A stretch of 64,000 nucleotides of DNA from Vicugna vicugna (GCA_013265495.1 MU058636.1:7394295-7458294); one strand, 5' to 3'. Numbered from the stretch's first letter, positions 11,265 through 26,034 are shown. Notes: a model not told the origin generated them from the letters alone. Translations and numbers: made by a program.

Positions 11265-13129
11265 TTTAGTTATCACATATTGTACATTAACAGATTATAA
11301 TAAAAAGTGTCTAATAAAAATTATTAAAACAAGTTTGAATTATTTCTTTAGCTCAAGGAAAATATATTCAATTTTCTCACATTCTTTATGTGAAATCTGA
11401 ATTCATATCTTTCCCATTAACTTACTAAGTACGCTCGCCCCAGGGGACCAAGCCACTCCCAGGGAGGGAAAAAAAAACACTGCAAACAAATATGGACTTC
11501 CTCTCCCCTGAGCTTCCGGTTTGAGTCTGCTCTGCAAGGGCAGAGATTCAAACAAAGGCAATAAAAGCATCTGCTATTTACACATTTCCAAAACAGGGCT
11601 GCGGAATCCATTCCCCGTCACTGGAATGAAATCTCCATGGTGACGCTGACATCACGGAGCTGGGCAACATTCTCAGCAGTGCTTGTTTGATGATATTTTC
11701 TTTACAAGAGCGCCCTCTACCAACGGAACGTGGGATAGCTCTACAGCCAGGGCCTCATTTGTTTGAAGCCACGCCAGCCATTACATCTTAGATGTCTCTT
11801 AGTATGTTAGAGACATCAAATATTTCACCATCACCTACTTAACATATTTTAAGTGATACTACAAACAATCACAAAAATAAAAGCCAGGAAATTCAGTCCA
11901 TTTACTGGAATCATTGAGTATGGCCTATCCTGTTTTAGTTCTCTTTAAAAAAAAAACTTATTTATAATCTCTCATTCTTCTTGATACCAGATAAAGAGGA
12001 TGGATTTAAACGTTCTCTTGTCCACATTTTGATGAGATAACCTTTACCAAAAAGGAATACTTATACCTTTGTTTAAAAAAAAAAAAAACCCAGTCACCTG
12101 TGTATCTAAGCCACTGGAATCAACAATCTACTTTCTACACAATTCGTAATGTGACCATTATAATTAGCTCTCAGTTAAAACTTGGCACATGCAGACCCCC
12201 CTCTCCCCCTGCCAAAAGTTAATTTTGAGAAGGTTTCTCTTCCAATTTCATTCCATATTTGGCTTCTTGTCTCAACTTAGCATTAAGTATTGTTATGCCA
12301 CACATTATAAGTCAACCACTGTGAATTTTTCTGTTCTATAATTATGTAATTTCATCCATTTTGGCTCTAAAGTATGCCTGCAATTAGTTTCATAGCCAAA
12401 TATCAGGAACGTGTTAGTTATTGTCATAAAAATACCTTCTCCAGCGTTCCTTTACCAACTTTTCATTTCTTTGAGGACAAACTTATGCAAATGGTAATTT
12501 ATTTTACAAGTGTTCATCCAGCTACAGATTTCTGATAAAGAAAAATCATTTAAGAAACTCTGGTTCTTGCCCAGAAAAATATATAGCCATTTTAAAAAGC
12601 AATAAATTATTCTAATAATAATAGTAACAATAGAGAGAGGAAAAGAAAGATCTTCAAACTGCTTTTTACAAGTTTGAAGTGCTAAAATTTTTTTTTGAAA
12701 AAGTGGACAATATGGTTGAAATTCAGAATTGCCCAAGAGCTAACACTGGAATAACATGCTGATGTTTAAAGAAACGGAAACACTAAAATATTCTCTTTTG
12801 AAATGCAAGCAATTTAATTTGCTGGGTCAATCAGAAAAAAACCCAACAATTATGAAATAGAAAGTGCATCTACTCCTTGAGTGTGCCCTCCGCCGCTGGG
12901 TCACACGGACATCAGCCCAGGCAGCCCGTCTGTGAAGCATCCTCTCTGATGGAGAAACACACTCCTCCTCCAGGTGTCCCATCTTTCATGGGATGGCAGC
13001 CTATTTTAAACATTGCATCTTTCATTACTTATCCTGCTTTCTTAATCCTAACATTTCTTTTTCTTCTTTTTTCTTTTAGGTTTAGAGCAACCCTCTAGTA
13101 TCCAATACTAACCAGGCACATCGGATCTG

Positions 13130-13295
13130 CCCCCTAATAGGTGGGGAGCTATTTAATACCCTCCAGCCTCAGTGTCTTCATATGTAAAGTGGAGCTACCA
13201 ATGCTTATCGTGTAGAGTTCCTTGAGGATTCCCCGAGTTAAGGTAGGAACAGCACTTGGTACCATGCCGGGCCCACAGAGAGGGCACAGAAGGAT
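13130..13295 (+). mobile_element. MIR SINE
   Basis: gcctcagtgtcttcatatgtaaagtggag...gaggatt...agcacttggtaccatgccgggc. Confidence 0.7.
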
Positions 13296-13681
13296 GAGCA
13301 GGTGCCAGTCCTGGGCAGGCTCAGTAGGTCTCTGGGCCAGGCATCATGCTGAGGAATCTGGGGCCATCACTTAAGAAAAGAATGCTAAAAACCTTTGGCA
13401 CATCTGGGAGAGAAGGGTGTGGAGGATAGAGCTGCCTCCAGAGGTCTCCCATTCTGCTCTCTGGACAAGTGAATGCAACCTCCACCCCACTGCTGTGCAC
13501 CGTGTCTTCTGCTGTTTACCACATGTTTAAAATAGCTACCTCTACTGGCCTCTCTTCACTTGAGGAGTTAAACCACAGTCCAAGAAAGTGGAAACTGTCA
13601 CACAGTTGTCTCTTCAAAAAAGGGTACAATCTCTGATCTCAGCTCAGATGCAAATGCCTATCACTTACCTCAAGATGGATA

Positions 13682-14026
13682 CTATGGGCTAAGGCGTGCG
13701 GGCCCCCCACCCCCAGATTTATATGTTGAAATCCTAACTCCCATTGTGATGGTATCAGGAAGTAGGGCCTTTGGGAGGCGATTAGGTCACGGGATTAGTG
13801 TCCCCATAAAAGAAGCCTGTGAAGGTTCCTTTGCCCCTTCTGCTGGGTGAGGTTACAAAAAAGAGACGGCCATCCAGGATGCAGGCTCTCACCAGACACC
13901 AGATCTGCAGGTGCCTTGATCTTGGACTTCTCAGCCTCTAGGACTGTGAGAAATCAATTTCTGTTGTTTATGATCCACGCAGACTACATACAGGATTTTG
14001 TAATAATGGCCCGAATGGACTCAGAG
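13682..14026 (+). mobile_element. MaLR solo LTR (MLT1A-like)
   Basis: atttatatgttgaaatcctaactccc, gggcctttgggaggcgattaggtca, gccttgatcttggacttctcagcctctaggactgtgagaaat. Confidence 0.88.
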
Positions 14027-15077
14027 CGTTCAAGATAAGGGCTGTCAAACCCAAGAATCGGCTTATTTATGAGCTTCATTCAAGTCCTTCTTTCCAGGGC
14101 TAGAAAAAGAGTTCAACTTAAATGCCGTTGCTGAGAGGATCTTGTAAAAGATCCCTGGAAATAAGCAGGGAGATTGTGACTTCAGTTTCTAATTAGGCAG
14201 AAACACTATGATCGTTGGAAAGAGAACAAATAAAACTATTATGACATGAAGCCAGTGAATACAGAGCTTTTCAGAGCAGATGAGGAAAAACAATCCCCAG
14301 GAGGAAAATGTGGCACCGAGAAGTTAAGACTTCGTCGTCTTGCTTCACGTTTTAAACAGAGGTGCTGGGCGTAATGCCAGCTTCAAATAATTCCAAGAAA
14401 TGCTTCAAGTTCTCATTGCCAAAGCTGACGGGCGCTCTGGCTGCCCTCAGTGGGAGTCACGACACAGGTCCAGGCGGGGCTCGGCAGAGAACACAGCTGA
14501 CTGAGGCAGGCCAGGCAGACGTCAGTGGTGACCGTGGCACAATGGACAAAAAATGCCACGTCTAAAGTGAGCAGCACCAGGCACTGTGTTCCCCTGCAGC
14601 ACTTTATTATTTTACATTTAAATAAGAATTGTTGTCCAGTAGAACAGTCCTCAATTAAAAAAAAAAATTTGCAACATCACGTAAATGAACCGAACGAAAG
14701 GCTCCTCTGGGCTGGACTCAGTCCATGCTAGTTTTGATCTAGAAACATCCATATAAAACTTCTTGAAAAATAACTACACCTTCAAAAAAGATTTATGAAA
14801 GTTCATTCTTTGATATATATTTATTCTATGTTCTCCTGTTTGTGGGAGAGCAGGGTCACTGTTTGCAAATGCCAAGATAAAGGCCAAAGAACTGATGCTC
14901 CGAGGTGCTCCTACTAAATTTTCGTAAGCTGGGAAACACCATGAACAGGATAGATTCAGGGCAAGTTAAACTTAGAACAAAGGAAATGAGTCACTGAAAA
15001 GTTAGCCTAAGGCACTGTGCTGGGGTTTCTGGCCTGCAGGTAAATTAGGAAGCCTGTATTACAAAGATCGGGCTTTA

Positions 15078-15536
15078 CAAACACACAATGGAATACTACT
15101 CATCCATAAAAAAGAATTAAATAATGCCATTTGCAGCAACAGGGATGAACCTAGAGATTATCATACTAAGTGAAGTAAGTCAGACAGAGAAAGACAAATA
15201 CCTATGATATCACTTATATGTGGAATCTAAAAGAATGGCACAAATGAACTTATTTACAAAACAGAAACAGACTTACAGACATAGAAAACAAACTTACAGT
15301 TATCAGGCAGGGGAAGAGCGAGTGATAAATTAGTAGTTTGGGATTTGTAGATACACACTACTATACATAAAATAGATAAACAACAAGGTCCTACTGTTTA
15401 GCACAGGGAACTATATTCAATATCTTACAATACCTACAATGATAAAGAATATACATGTATGTAACTGAATCACTATGCTATATACCAGAAACACATAGCT
15501 ATAAATCAACTAGACTTCAATTAAAAAAAAAATAAT
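15078..15536 (+). mobile_element. LINE-1 3' fragment with decayed target-site duplication
   Basis: ORF2 end, 3' UTR and A tail, flanked by acaaagatcgggcttt (15061-15076) and acaaaggttgggcttc (15542-15557). Confidence 0.92.
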
Positions 15537-16204
15537 AACCCACAAAGGTTGGGCTTCAAAACAGAGGACCAGAACCAGCCCACAAAACCTGTGCAAGGCA
15601 GGACCCTCAGGTGTGGTTTCTCTTGGTCAGGAGTTAACAAAGCACATAAAGCGTCTAGCTGCTCTCTTGCAATTTTACTGATTCTTACTCAATGTGCACA
15701 TACCAATGAATCACAGCACTATGACTTGAGCCCCAAAGCAGTGCAAAAGCCTATGATGTCCCAGGCCCCGAAGAGATATTTGACTAACATCATTACACTG
15801 ATTCTTCACAAGTACCCTCTGGTAAAACCTGATCTTTTTTAAAGATTTGCAAGAAAATCACAATCCAAAGAATCGGCATCTATTTGAAGGACAAAAACAT
15901 AAAGACAATCACTCTGCCTTTTACGTTCCTGTGCACTGGCTTGTCACGTGAGGTTGCTGGCCAAAAAAAGAAGATATCCCCAAACCCATGGAAGAATGCT
16001 TCTGCCAGGAAAATCTGTAAATTGCCTGACATTAAAGTATGGAGTTGGTTGCTTTCAATAGTTCTATTTCTAATCTACTTCCCTGAATTAGCTTGACATT
16101 AAGAGGGACTTTTTAGATGATTCAAATTAGCCTTCTCAAGTAAACGATCTTTTTCAAACGATGACATTCCCAAAAATCTGAGATCTCCAAAATGACTGTT
16201 CCTA

Positions 16205-16335
16205 TTACCATCATCTCCCAACATCAGTGATGTCATCACCACCACCACCATCATCTTCACCATCACCACTGCCCCAAGACGATCAGCTCCGTGGCCACCA
16301 TCACCACTGCTACCACCATCACCACCATCACCACT
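16205..16335. repeat. Degenerate (CAC/CAT)n trinucleotide low-complexity tract
   Basis: catcaccaccaccaccatcatcttcaccatcacc... read directly. Confidence 0.85.
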
Positions 16336-17189
16336 TCTGCAACTGCAGTGCTCATAAAACACTGGAGATTCTTCACATGAGCTGAGGATAGAGCTTTTGG
16401 TCTCCTGTGTGTTACATGTAACATACTGGTCAGTGTTCTGCTTGGTAAATGCTTAACCACTTCTAATTCAGTCCAAATGCAACCTAAAATTATACGCTAA
16501 AATTATTATTTGAAATAATGACTTCTATTGTACCCAAACTCAAATGCAGCTAATAAAAACATTCATATAGCATCAAAAAATATTATTGGAGTAAAAACAC
16601 TTATTCTCCCCAAAATAAATTTGAGAACAGATTTTTTAAATTGCTAATGAAAACTTTCTCTGGAATTGTTTAGAATTGTGTGAATAACAATACTGTTTTC
16701 AAATAATTGTATTCAGATCTAAGCATAGCTGATAAAAAAGGCTGAAAGAGATGGGACTAGTAAGATAAAAAACTATACAGTCCAAAATGAAGGCTTGATT
16801 TCAAAACATTCTGTTTTTATAATAAATGCCAATATGGGTATACAAATGTGCATACATACTTGGAGATGTTCCTTACTCAATGGCCTTTTTAAAGAAGTAT
16901 ATATGGTGGGCAAAACACTCCAAGCCAATATTTCTTCTGTGTCTTCATCCTATACTATGTACATTAGTGCGTCTATAATTCTTTTTTATCTGCATATGGA
17001 GTTGAGCAACACGGGGCTGGCTGCCACCCCCCACACTGCATGAGCTAGAAATGTGAAGTATGACTTCAAACACCTACTGAGGCCTGGAAGGTAACGCAGA
17101 CAGTGAAGTGGGCCAAGCACCATAAAACCCTGTGCAAATGGGGTGAAGAATGGCACTTAACACCGGCAGACATGGGAACCCGCCCCTCA

Positions 17190-17420
17190 CCTAAATGGGG
17201 CAGCGGCAGTTACTCAACACGTGTCATGGGAAAGTTAGCCCGGTGTTGCCAGGCTGATTGATTTCCTCAGAGAAAGTGAAATCAGATTTTTATTTGAAAG
17301 TCCCCGATTCTTAAAAGTTGGAAATAAATTCATTTTTTTTTATAAAAAGAACATTGTGCATTTCAAATAAAACACACCTGTGTTTTCCTGGATTCAACCC
17401 ATGGGCAGGGAGTTTTCCAG
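17190..17420. mobile_element. hAT DNA transposon relic (MER102-like)
   Basis: ggcagcggcagttactca...gtgttgccagg...gatttttatttgaaagtccccgattcttaaaagttgg...aaaacacacctgtg matches the MER102 layout as recalled. Confidence 0.65.
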
Positions 17421-18559
17421 CCCCTGGGGGAGAATTCCACACTAAGTGGCCATTAGCCATGGTTAACGTGCACAGGGCCGTCCCCATGGCTATGCCAAAA
17501 GTCCAAGGGAGGCCACCAGGCTTCCTGACACACTCCAACTCCTGTAAGTTCCAAAGGTAGGGTAGCCTGGAGTCAAGACCCACCACTTCTGGAAACTACA
17601 GTCCATGAAAAAACCAAAATGGCTGGCTGATCCAGTGTGCATGTGTGCGGTGTGTGTGTGTGCATAAGCACACGTGTAGGTGTGTCTTTGTGGGTCCTTG
17701 TGTGTTGGGAAAGGGGTGGATTTCGCAACTGAGCTTGTTTTTTGTGTCCATCCTCTCTTCCTCATCCCTGATCATGACGCTTCCGTCCCCCTTCCTGGGA
17801 AAGAAGAGAAACAGATGATGTGGAGAATCTATAACAGGAAATTTCAGAGCAAATGTTACCAGCTCGGTAGAGACAGAACAAAATCAAACCCCTTCCAGAA
17901 AGACCAGAAGCACACTCTGCTTCACTTCCCACCCCTTAGGTCACCCCTGGCCGCCAGGGCTAATCATGGTTTGTAAAGCTCCCAGTTTCATCCTCCAAAT
18001 GAAAGGTCTCTCTTAAAAATAAAAATCAATCACAGGCAGCAATTTGTGTTTGTTTTTCTTTTGGTCACATCCGCTCTGCCCAAATGTGAAAACCACCAGG
18101 GCCATTAAAACCTATTAGAAATGTTAGCTCTAGTTGGAAGGAAGCAGGGTAAATAAAACTCAGCCATCTGGGGAAAAAGATTTGGGGCCTAAGACATCGA
18201 AGTCAGAGGGTAAAAAAATCAAAGCTTTTCACCAATAATTTCTAAAGGTTGATTTTTACTTATTAGGTATTTCACAAGTAAGGAGTAAGGTGACATGATT
18301 CTTCTTTCTTTCAGAAACTAACCTTACAGTATTGATGGTCTTCAGTCACAAAGATTAGCTCTGAAATTATCTAGGGAAAGTCCACTTACTTAGGGCACAT
18401 CTACATGGACAGGGAGATGCTCTCAATGTTTGGATCACGACACGCTGTTATGTCAACATGCTGACACATGTTTATCTTCTAATGTTCATTTCACAAGACA
18501 CCAGTACAGAAGAGCATCCAACAGTAGCTTTGGATGGAAAGAGTAGCTTTGAAAAGCTT

Positions 18560-18775
18560 TCAGCAGCAGCTTGGAGCCAGAGAACGTCAGGTTTAAAGCT
18601 CAGTCCCATTAATTACTAGCTGGGTGACTTGGGCCGATTGCTCAACATTTAGAAATCTCCTTTTCTTACAAAGAGGATGAAGATACTATTGTATCCACCT
18701 CCCAGGATGGTGGAAACAATGTGGTAAGCTAATGCATGGCCCAGTGTGAGGCACGGAGCAAGCATTCTGCAAAAG
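18560..18775 (+). mobile_element. MIR SINE
   Basis: ttggagccaga...ggtttaaagctcagtccc...tactagctgggtgacttgggc. Confidence 0.75.
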
Positions 18776-19625
18776 GCAAGTAAGGCACATCGCCCCTAAG
18801 TTAATGCTGGTGAAGCACAGCCTTCCAAGACGACTCTCAGAACAGCCCACGATCATGGTGGTGTAGAAGACAGAATAAACCAGCAGTTTCCAGTTTGCCT
18901 TTCCTTTGTCCTGTTTTTATACTGGAAACTATTCCATGGAACGGCTGTCAGACTTCAGACAACTGTCAGGCATTCGAAGTGCAATCAACACTAACCCAAG
19001 TACAGGAAGTACCATTTCCTTTCCCTCTGTATATTACCCAGTTTTCTTTCACATGCGAATAGAGTGCAGTAACTAGATTATATAAGCTATCTCCTTACAG
19101 CCCCTGAAGATCACATTCTTTCGAAACACCTGACAAGTAAACAAGTGAGCACTCCCTCCACACTGAAACATTTGTCCACGCCAGTCATAACTTCCTTGAT
19201 GTTGAAGGAAATGAAATCTACGTGTGAACTGCCACAGTGAGCAGCCATTTAATGCTTTAAAATCGTAAAAATGGCATAACCATTCACCGCGAATCTCAAC
19301 ACTGAGATTTTCTCCTTGGCTGTCGTTTAGACAACTTCAAGTTTCAAGTCTACCTCAAATATTAGGTCTCATCAGATATAAATAAGGTTAAAATTACCAG
19401 ACACAACAGCTATGCTTAGAAAATGTACTCAAAGAAAACCATCATGATAATTCAGTTTCTAAACTCATTAAACCACAAACGTCTTTTTGCATCATTTGTA
19501 GTGTTACACTGCCCTTCAGTGTTCAAACGCACGAACTGCTAACAAAATTTTTTGAGCTCAGAAATTTCTTTGTGTGAGCCTATACAGTGAGCAAAACAGT
19601 TGTCTTGTTTTTTGCAACATATCCT

Positions 19626-20092
19626 GTTGCTATAGTTTGACTCCAAAAGTCATACACTGAAATCCGAATTCCCAGCAGCTCAGAGTATGACTTTGTTTGG
19701 AAACAAAATCACTGCGGTTGCAGTTAGTTAAGATGAAGTCATGCTGGAGTAGAAAGGGCCCCTAATCCAATATGACAGTTGGCCTTATAAGAAGGGGAAA
19801 TACAGACGCGGACATGCACACAGGAAGAGTGGCATGCGAAGATGGAAGCAACGATCAGGGTGATGCTCTGAAAAGCCAAGGAATGTCAAAGATCGTCAGC
19901 AAACCAGCAGAATCTTGGAGAGAGGCATGGGATGGATTCTCCCTCACAGCCCTTGGCACCAGCCTAAACCAACCACTCTGCTGATGTCTTCATCTCTGCC
20001 TCTGGCCTCTGGGACTGGGAGGCGAGACACTTTTGTTCTATGAGCCACCCAGTTCCTGATGCTTTGTTACGGCCACCCTGGCAGACCAACAC
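19626..20092 (+). mobile_element. MaLR solo LTR (MLT1C-like)
   Basis: gttaagatgaagtcatgctggagtag, ccctaatccaatatgac, agagaggcatgggatggattctccctcacagcc, ends ...ctggcagaccaacaca. Confidence 0.88.
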
Positions 20093-21933
20093 AGGTGTGT
20101 GATTTTCACGCATACAAAACACAGAGTGACACAGGTTCCCGCAGAACACAGGCATCTCACTGTGACTAAAAGCATAAGAAGGAAGGATCAAAACATAACA
20201 TTGTCAAACTTAAACCTGGAGATTTTTTTTTCAGTAACATTAGCTACTAATGGCTTCATTTTTCCATTGACTTTCTAGAGGGTTCTAGAGGGTTTTAGAG
20301 ACAAACTCTGAAGGTCTAGGACATTCTATTAAAACACTACAGATGTTGCGCTAACCTGAAAAAAAGGCAACACGTGACTTGTATTTATTTCTCATTCACA
20401 CCAGTTACCACCTGTGTCCCAATGACCAGGTCTTGACTGTAGGAGAGTTGTTTTTCAGATGCTGGATTGTCCAGGCTCTCTTATTTTCTCCTTGTCCTTT
20501 TTGCTTTGTTCGTTATTACCCGGTTGTTTTACACTGTATATGCAGCAGAGAGTGTTAGGAACAGGGAAGCCTTTATGGGAGAGCTCTTTGACTTCTAAGA
20601 CAGAAACAGGGGAAGAACTAGTCAGGACGATGCCCCAGAACTAGTGGGGTCTGGACAGAGCCTTGGGTCCTGGCGAGTCAGTAAAACTGGCTTCCTCTCA
20701 TCTTGACGGTAAATCGCTCTCAATGGGATCCTAATGTCTGAGCGCCAGCTTTGTCCTCGCTAAAAGGAGCGATTATGCTAAATTACACTAAATCAGTGCC
20801 TCTTCTGGCTCTTTAGTTTCCTGATTCACAAGGGAACACATGCAACAGACAAACCAAGAAGGCAAACGTTCCCTGCAAGCCTACCACGCCTGAGGGCCTG
20901 AAGTAAAAGGCATCTTTATCACCACAGCAAGGGGCTTCCATAGTCAGGATAGTGGGGAACAGGTGTAATAATCCTACAAATTATTAGATGCTCTCACTGG
21001 ATGTTTTGGTAGACTAGGACACCATGGGCTTGCTGTGTTTTGTCAATGTGAAGACCAAGGTGGTCAAGAATTGATTTTATGCTGAGAGGCTAAAGGTTAA
21101 TACTAAGTCTTTGGCAAGTTCCAGTCAATGACAACTTTAAAACTTCAATGTTCCACGTGTTTCTAGAACCATGAAATAGTTCAACCATTACTGCAGTGTT
21201 ATATAACAAGTTGGGAAAAACCACTTATTTTAGATGGAAAAATACTTCCAGAAAGAGGACATAGTAGTTAAATTCATACTACTGTATTACAAAGTGAAAC
21301 TTGGGAAAAAAATCTTTCTGAAATTAAAAATACTTAAAATGTAGTCAAATCCTCCTGTATTAAATTATAACAAGATGACTGCGGAAAATCAAGAATTATG
21401 GTTCCTTTTCTGTGCAGAACTTCTGGAAATGAATTAAATTTAGAAGACAGAAGATGTATAAAGCTGCAGAATTAAAGACATTCAAAAGTAATGTGGCATG
21501 AAGTGCCAGGTTCTGAGAATGTATAATATAGGGTTGTCAGGGTGAAAAAAAAAGTAACAATTTTCACTGACAATGAAATTACAAGAATTTCAGGAGCAAA
21601 CATTTTGTAGAAGAGGAAATGAAGATGTAAATTGTATGAATGCATGATTTAAGAATTCACAGACAGTGCCAGCGTTTCAAAGCCCTCCGTCGTCCTCTCC
21701 TATTCGGCAGGCTCACTTTGCTCCCTAAATCTCTGCCTTCTTGAAGCCATTAAATCCAACTAGCCGAATTACACCGAGGCAGGTGGCCAGAAAGATTTAT
21801 TTTCATCTCACACATTCAAATCTTCATGAGTAACTCGACAGAATACACGTTTTCATTTGCTTGCATCCGAGCTTTTCCACACACATGAAGTTCTCAGCAT
21901 CAGAATGAATACTCCTGGAACCTGTGATTTCCG

Positions 21934-22250
21934 CCGGGTTCATAAACTGAGAACATGGGTCAAATCCGGGCCCTGCTGCGTGTTTTTGTGCAGCCCGTGG
22001 GCTAAGAGTGGCTTTTAATTTGAAGATGATTGAAGAAAAATCAGAAGAAGAAGAACATATTTTATCAGGTGAAACTGATATGAACTTCAAATTTCAGTGT
22101 CCACGAACTAAGTGTTACTGGGACAGCCAGGCTCACACGCGTCTGGACTGTCTGCAGCGGCTTTACGCTCCAATGGCAGAGAGTGTCCGCCCTGCAACGC
22201 TGAAAGTATTTTCCATCTGACCCTTTTCAGGAAAAGCTTGCTGATCTCTG
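21934..22250. mobile_element. hAT-Charlie relic (MER58B-like)
   Basis: gggtcaaatccgggccctgc...gcccgtgggctaagagtgg...aaatttcagtgtcca...ccatctgacccttttcaggaaaagcttgctgatctctg. Confidence 0.8.
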
Positions 22251-24178
22251 ACCTAAGTCCTAACTTACATTGTTTTGACATGAAATCAGCAAGTTCCTCC
22301 ACATTATACACTAGAAGACACTGTTCCTGGGTCACCAGTGCAGTGTGTTAACCCTTCAAAGCCTAGAGTCTCCTGAACACACAGGGCAGCTACTTCACAA
22401 ATGTGTCATTGATGATGCTAATAATTAAAAATAAATAAATATACACAACTGTCTCTCCGTGAGACTACAGGAGTATTCCTGTACATGCCAAAACCTCACT
22501 ACTTCGCTTAGACCTGTGGTCCAGACTAGGTGAGCGCAGACCATCTGTGCTCACCACTCCTCTCTCTCTTGTCTCTCTCCCCCTCTCATACATATATATA
22601 AACATATACATATAGTTTCATCTTTAGTTACACTGTATTTGAGTCCTGCCATCAGAGACACATGAAAGATAAAATTTCGTGTGCATAATTTAGAATCTGT
22701 AATCTATCTTTTCATTTAAAATCATCCACACGTATGAATAACAGTCTGAGTAGTTTTTTCAACCGTGATCTCTAATACACGGAACTGGAAGTCTATGTAC
22801 CCACATAGCGTGTGCCCTGGAAACCACACACGCTCTGGTCCAGGCCCGGGGCTAAGTGGAAAGCTGGTCTACACCTCCGCATGGTCTCAGAGAGACGACC
22901 ATTGTCTTCTGTGGGAAAATAAGCCCCCAAATGAAGAAAACAGGTCTCATCCAGATCTAAATAATACAACTGAAACAAACACCAAACCATGGGGCAGCTG
23001 AATGATAAGAGAACACGGAAGATGAAGGCAATAAAACCCCAAGGTAAAAACTCAAGAATGGAAAACCTGGACCTCAAAAGTGATTCCAGAACTACAGTCA
23101 AAGCTGAGGACTGAGTCTTAATTTTTTAAAAAATGACATACTTGTTAAAGTTTTGTGTGTTTTTTAAAAAATATAGTTGGGGGAAAATGAAACACGTTCG
23201 TTTAAATCTCAGAGTGGGAAGCACCCTTTCCTTTAAGCCATCAGGCAATAAAATTGATGAACACCTTTCACGGTTCCCATGGTGGTGTCCCTGCTGGTCT
23301 GCAAAGGGTCAGTTTCAAGGACAAGAAGTGGAGACAAAGCTCGATGGAGCAGGAGTCGAGGTGTCCAGCCGGGGATGTGGTACCCTGAGCCCCTGGCAAG
23401 GGTTCCTTCATCAACTGCCTCCTCCAGCAGGATCTCCCTTTGCATCCCTTCCTGAACCAGATGAGGATGCTCCTGTTTGCAATGACTGTTTTCTACAGTA
23501 TTTGGTAGAAGGTCAAGTTAGTACCAATAGCTTGCCACACTGAAGGTACAATGATAGCATCGTTTGATGGCTCACGTGGCTGCTGAGCTATAGGAATTGC
23601 CCCCGAACTCAATTATAAGTGGGAACAGCTGCAATTCTTCTCTCACAAAGGCGGGGTGCTTTGGGGGCCCTGCCACACCACGTTTCAGCCTCACAAATTA
23701 TTCTTTCTGCAGATTATGGATCCTCAGTCTTCCTTGCTAAGAGAGAACAGAAACAAAAGAGCAAAACAAGCAGGGAAAATAAAACCCCCAGGCTACCCAG
23801 ATCAAGCACAGAGGGCCCCTCTACAACCCCTTACCTTTTCACGTACTTTGCAGAAAAAGAGTGTTTCTCAGGACGGTACAGACCCTCCATCCCCCTCACG
23901 TCCTCCCAACTACAAACCTATCCAACCAGCCAACCAACAAGAAAACAAAACACGCCTCACCAGTTTGAAACAAAGCAAAACCTCTAATTTAAATTTCCTT
24001 GGGTCTGGAGTGAAATGCTACAGGTTGGAAGGAAGTAAAATTGGGGAAATCAGCACATAATGTCACAGGAAGGCCGTGCTGAGGGAATTTTCACTTCTGT
24101 GCCGATAAGGAGCATATTTTGGAACCAGCAGTCGGGACATATAACCTGAGTGTCTTAAGTCATGATTCTATTGGTGTG

Positions 24179-24603
24179 TGTACTGGGCTGAATGGTGGCC
24201 CCCAAAAGATACATCCATGACTTCATCCCAGGGACTATGAATGTGACACTGTTTTTAAAAAGTGAAGGGTCGTGAGATGAGATCATTCTGGATTAACTGG
24301 GATTATTCACACTAAATCCAGTGACAGGTGTCTGTACCAGAGGCAGAAGAGAAGACAGAGAGGAGAAGGCCACATGAAGATGGAGGAGAGACTGCAGGGA
24401 TGGGGCCACAAGCCAAGGAGTGTCTGGGGCCACCAGAAACTGGAAGAGGCAAGCATTCTCTTCCAGAGCCTTTGGGGAAAGTGTGGCTCTACTGACATCT
24501 TGATTCCAGACTTCTGGCCTCCAGATCTGTAGGAGAATAAATTTCTGACGTTTTAAGCCACACACGTGGCACACTACTGTGTCAGTCCTAGGTGACAAAC
24601 ACA
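24179..24603 (+). mobile_element. MaLR solo LTR (MLT1C/D-like)
   Basis: tgtactgggctgaatggtggcccc...ccacaagccaaggagtgtctgggg...cttctggcctccaga...taggtgacaaacaca. Confidence 0.88.
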
Positions 24604-26034
24604 TCCCGCTCACCCAAGACTGCACTTCTCCTCACCTGGTCCCTTTTTGCTACAAAAGTGAGTGTCTCCACCCAACACACACTCACTCAATGAAAAATGA
24701 GCAAAATCTATGGTGACTTGGCTATTTGACAAATCTCCCACCATCTGAAGACCCCTTTCTCCTTGCCTGCAGGACAACAAATGCCTCTCCACCCTGCTTC
24801 TTTTTTTTTTTTTTAATGCTTATTAGCTTTCCTAGGTTTTGCTAATCTTCCAAGGCATATAATTTTTTTTCACCTGTGGCCCTAGCCAGAAATTAGTTGT
24901 TGAAGGAAATATCAGATTAAAATAACCGTCTCTCCCACATTTGACAACATTCATTCTACTTTGATGCATCAAGCTTCTAATGGTATTTGCCTTTTTCTCG
25001 AAAGGTAGGATTTTCCCCCAGATAATCCTGCTTCTAATATTTTGTCTCAAAAAAACCAAAATCAGTTAATTCATAGATATCTTGGCCAGGAGAGAATTAG
25101 CAGAGTACCAAAAAGGGCAACCTCATTTCAGTGTCCGAAATGTCCCCGTCAGGCCTCAGGCCACACTCAGGGCAGTGCAAGAATAGAATCGAGACCAGGC
25201 GGCACAGGAAACTCCGAGACCACGGAAATGGTACCACAAGGAAAGGGCCCTCAGAGTGACAGGGAAACAGGTTACCTTCTCATAAAGAAAACGCCCCAGG
25301 AACACACTCAGTTCGGTTCAAAAGAAAAGTGGGTCAATCCAGCTGTGCAGCATCTCGGAGCTCAGCCAACCAGCTGAAGCTCAGAGCCCTCCCCTCTCCC
25401 ACTACACATGGTCCTGAGCCAGCACAGACCATCACCTCCTGACCATTTCTCGGCAGTGAGATGGACAGAGAAAGGTCTGCTGAGAGCCACGTAGCTGGAG
25501 TGCTGAGAGAGGGGAAAAGGATACAGAGGGGGTTCCTGGACCCCAGACGGGAGCTCGACCACCAGGAACAACACACGCACACTTGCCCTGAGTTTAGGCG
25601 CGATGGCTCAATGCCAAAGCAGAGGCTCGGAGCTGACGCAGCTCCCTGAGCACTGGGACAGGAGACGGTGCTTCGACAGAGTCCGTGGGGCCCAGCGCTG
25701 GGCTCTGGGGATGCTGAGACGACACTGGGAGGAAATCCCATCCTTGCATTTCACTTTCATTCAGCATCAGACCAGGGATCATCAGACCACGTCCCTCTCC
25801 TCTTTCTTTCCCTTAGGACCTTGATGTGCTTCCTAAACAGCTTGCACCGAATTCTTCCCCCATGGAGAGTCTCAGTCATGCACATCTATTAACCATGTGG
25901 TGCTGCCTACTAAGCGCTCAGCCCATGTGTGTGCACTGTGGAGATGGGGGGGGGGTGGGAGAGAATCTCCTTACCCTCAGAGCTACACACACGGTGCTCA
26001 ATAAATATTTCCTGATGAATTTACAAATAAATAA

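Noticed and set aside
16099..16460. Gly/Asp- and Val/Met-rich ORFs
   Set aside because: They are translations of the (CAC/CAT)n tract.
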